Source: Macrostomum lignano (lineage: Eukaryota). From it: 64,000 nt of DNA. This document shows, piece after piece, positions 60,301 to 64,000 of this stretch. Location: positions 62,001 to 126,000 of the forward strand of contig NIVC01002905.1 in NCBI GenBank assembly GCA_002269645.1, written 5' to 3'. A program made the position numbers and the translations under genes. Within the stretch, counting starts at the first letter, position 1. Every line of letters begins with the position of its first letter. The notes under the pieces are model-generated. The model was not told where the DNA came from and ran no database searches. It was given only the letters and a program-made list of their open reading frames with translations.

Positions 60301-63300
60301 GTGAGCTAGTCCAGCATCAAGGCAGAACATCTGGATGTGTAACGAGAGGCCTCTGGAGATTCCTGGCTCAGATTATCGCCTAGAAGTGCTGTAGAATAGC
60401 TGGTCCACCTAACCTACAGACACAACTCGAACAGATTTCTCTGTCTGTTTGAGGCTCTGGCTCTCAGAGCCGCCGAGAAAGTTTAGTGCCGAGAATGCTT
60501 CAGTTTGTTAGAATGCAATCAGAACAGATTCCTAGAAAGTGAGCTAGTCCAGCATCAAGGCAGAACATCTGGATGTGTAACGAGAGGCTCTCGGAGATTC
60601 CTGGCTCAGATTATCGCCTAGAAGTGCTGTAGAATAGCTGGTCCACCTAACCTACAGACACAACTCGAACAGATTTCTCTGTCTGTTTGAGGCTCTGGCT
60701 CTCAGAGCCGCCGAGAAAGTTTAGTGCCGAGAATGCTTCAGTTTGTTAGAATGCAATCAGAACAGATTCCTAGAAAGTGAGCTAGTCCAGCATCAAGGCA
60801 GAACATCTGGATGTGTAACGAGAGGCTCTCGGAGATTCCTGGCTCAGATTATCGCCTAGAAGTGCTGTAGAATAGCTGGTCCACCTAACCTACAGACACA
60901 ACTCGAACAGATTTCTCTGTCTGTTTGAGGCTCTGGCTCTCAGAGCCGCCGAGAAAGTTTAGTGCCGAGAATGCTTCAGTTTGTTAGAATGCAATCAGAA
61001 CAGATTCCTAGAAAGTGAGCTAGTCCAGCATCAAGGCAGAACATCTGGATGTGTAACGAGAGGCTCTCGGAGATTCCTGGCTCAGATTATCGCCTAGAAG
61101 TGCTGTAGAATAGCTGGTCCACCTAACCTACAGACACAACTCGAACAGATTTCTCTGTCTGTTTAGGCTCTGGCTCTCAGAGCCGCCGAGAAAGTTTAGT
61201 GCCGAGAATGCTTCAGTTTGTTAGAATGCAATCAGAACAGATTCCTAGAAAGTGAGCTAGTCCAGCATCAAGGCAGAACATCTGGATGTGTAACGAGAGG
61301 CTCTCGGAGATTCCTGGCTCAGATTATCGCCTAGAAGTGCTGTAGAATAGCTGGTCCACCTAACCTACAGACACAACTCGAACAGATTTCTCTGTCTGTT
61401 TGAGGCTCTGGCTCTCAGAGCCGCCGAGAAAGTTTAGTGCGAGAATGCTTCAGTTTGTTAGAATGCAATCAGAACAGATTCCTAGAAAGTGAGCTAGTCC
61501 AGCATCAAGGCAGAACATCTGGATGTGTAACGAGAGGCTCTCGGAGATTCCTGGCTCAGATTATCGCCTAGAAGTGCTGTAGAATAGCTGGTCCACCTAA
61601 CCTACAGACACAACTCGAACAGATTTCTCTGTCTGTTTGAGGCTCTGGCTCTCAGAGCCGCCGAGAAAGTTTAGTGCCGAGAATGCTTCAGTTTGTTAGA
61701 ATGCAATCAGAACAGATTCCTAGAAAGTGAGCTAGTCCAGCATCAAGGCAGAACATCTGGATGTGTAACGAGAGGCTCTCGGAGATTCCTGGCTCAGATT
61801 ATCGCCTAGAAGTGCTGTAGAATAGCTGGTCCACCTAACCTACAGACACAACTCGAACAGATTTCTCTGTCTGTTTAGGCTCTGGCTCTCAGAGCCGCCG
61901 AGAAAGTTTAGTGCCGAGAATGCTTCAGTTTGTTAGAATGCAATCAGAACAGATTCCTAGAAAGTGAGCTAGTCCAGCATCAAGGCAGAACATCTGGATG
62001 TGTAACGAGAGGCTTGGAGATTCCTGGCTCAGATTATCGCCTAGAAGTGCTGTAGAATAGCTGGTCCACCTAACCTACAGACACAACTCGAACAGATTTC
62101 TCTGTCTGTTTGAGGCTCTGGCTCTCAGAGCCGCCGAGAAAGTTTAGTGCCGAGAATGCTTCAGTTTGTTAGAATGCAATCAGAACAGATTCCTAGAAAG
62201 TGAGCTAGTCCAGCATCAAGGCAGAACATCTGGATGTGTAACGAGAGGCTCTCGGAGATTCCTGGCTCAGATTATCGCCTAGAAGTGCTGTAGAATAGCT
62301 GGTCCACCTAACCTACAGACACAACTCGAACAGATTTCTCTGTCTGTTTGAGGCTCTGGCTCTCAGAGCCGCCGAGAAAGTTTAGTGCCAAGAATGCTTC
62401 ATTTGTTAGAATGCAATCAGAACAGATTCCTAGAAAGTGAGCTAGTCCAGCATCAAGGCAGAACATCTGGATGTGTAACGAGAGGCTCTCGGAGATTCCT
62501 GGCTCAGATTATCGCCTAGAAGTGCTGTAGAATAGCTGGTCCACCTAACCTACAGACACAACTCGAACAGATTTCTCTGTCTGTTTGAGGCTCTGGCTCT
62601 CAGAGCCGCCGAGAAAGTTTAGTGCCGAGAATGCTTCAGTTTGTTAGAATGCAATCAGAACAGATTCCTAGAAAGTGAGCTAGTCCAGCATCAAGGCAGA
62701 ACATCTGGATGTGTAACGAGAGGCTCTCGGAGATTCCTGGCTCAGATTATCGCCTAGAAGTGCTGTAGAATAGCTGGTCCACCTAACCTACAGACACAAC
62801 TCGAACAGATTTCTCTGTCTGTTTGAGGCTCTGGCTCTCAGAGCCGCCGAGAAAGTTTAGTGCCGAGAATGCTTCAGTTTGTTAGAATGCAATCAGAACA
62901 GATTCCTAGAAAGTGAGCTAGTCCAGTATCAAGGCAGAACATCTGGATGTGTAACGAGAGGCCCGGAGATTCCTGGCTCAGATTATCGCCTAGAAGTGCT
63001 GTAGAATAGCTGGTCCACCTAACCTACAGACACAACTCGAACAGATTTCTCTGTCTGTTTGAGGCTCTGGCTCTCAGAGCCGCCGAGAAAGTTTAGTGCC
63101 GAGAATGCTTCAGTTTGTTAGAATGCAATCAGAACAGATTCCTAGAAAGTGAGCTAGTCCAGCATCAAGGCAGAACATCTGGATGTGTAACGAGAGGCTC
63201 TCGGAGATTCCTGGCTCAGATTATCGCCTAGAAGTGCTGTAGAATAGCTGGTCCACCTAACCTACAGACACAACTCGAACAGATTTCTCTGTCTGTTTGA

Positions 63301-64000
63301 GGCTCTGGCTCTCAGAGCCGCCGAGAAAGTTTAGTGCCGAGAATGCTTCATTTTGTTAGAATGCAATCAGAACAGATTCCTAGAAAGTGAGCTAGTCCAG
63401 CATCAAGGCAGAACATCTGGATGTGTAACGAGAGGCTCTCGGAGATTCCTGGCTCAGATTATCGCCTAGAAGTGCTGTAGAATAGCTGGTCCACCTAACC
63501 TACAGACACAACTCGAACAGATTTCTCTGTCTGTTTGAGGCTCTGGCTCTCAGAGCCGAGAAAGTTTAGTGCCGAGAATGCTTCAGTTTGTTAGAATGCA
63601 ATCAGAACAGATTCCTAGAAAGTGAGCTAGTCCAGCATCAAGGCAGAACATCTGGATGTGTAACGAGAGGCTCTCGGAGATTCCTGGCTCAGATTATCGC
63701 CTAGAAGTGCTGTAGAATAGCTGGTCCACCTAACCTACAGACACAACTCGAACAGATTTCTCTGTCTGTTTGAGGCTCTGGCTCTCAGAGCCGCCGAGAA
63801 AGTTTAGTGCCGAGAATGCTTCAGTTTGTTAGAATGCAATCAGAACAGATTCCTAGAAAGTGAGCTAGTCCAGCATCAAGGCAGAACATCTGGATGTGTA
63901 ACGAAGTCTCTCGGAGATCCTGGCTCAGATTATCGCCTAGAAGTGCTGTGGAGTAGCTGGTCCACCTAACCTACAGACACAACTCGAACAGATTTCTGTC
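54340..64000. repeat. 238-bp satellite, about 40 highly homogeneous monomers, running off the right edge
   Basis: Period of 238 measured from the same landmark at 55863, 56101 and 56339. Monomer starts AGCTGGTCCACCTAACCTACAGACACAACTCGAACAG. Confidence 0.99.

Noticed and set aside
54557-64000. Hammerhead ribozyme in the 238-bp satellite, by analogy with Schistosoma repeats
   Set aside because: No CUGANGA found on either strand of the monomer (nearest are CUGAGAG, CUGAAGC and CUGAUUG).

Overview
Repeat-dominated animal genomic DNA with GT-AG introns. The gene sequences look flatworm-like and the minisatellite-packed introns suggest Macrostomum; that assignment is inference. Roughly 65-70% of the window is tandem repeat. 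Genes that can be supported: (1) the first 4 coding exons of a RasGRF1/2-like Ras-GEF on the minus strand, running off the left edge; (2) a 7-exon P2X purinergic receptor on the plus strand (10786-39196, about 544 aa), whose 21.7 kb first coding intron holds a 17.4 kb purine-rich 23-bp satellite; (3) a GPCR with an uninterrupted CDS on the minus strand (45165-46493); (4) a probable multi-exon gene of unknown function at about 51-52.3 kb. There are also decayed non-LTR retroelement pieces, about 20 mini/microsatellite arrays, and a 238-bp satellite from about 54.3 kb to the window end. The very long ORFs in the track, including the 3137 aa and 1610 aa ones, are artefacts of stop-free repeats. 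All alignments and translations were done by eye, and repeat boundaries are approximate (about 10-30 bp).
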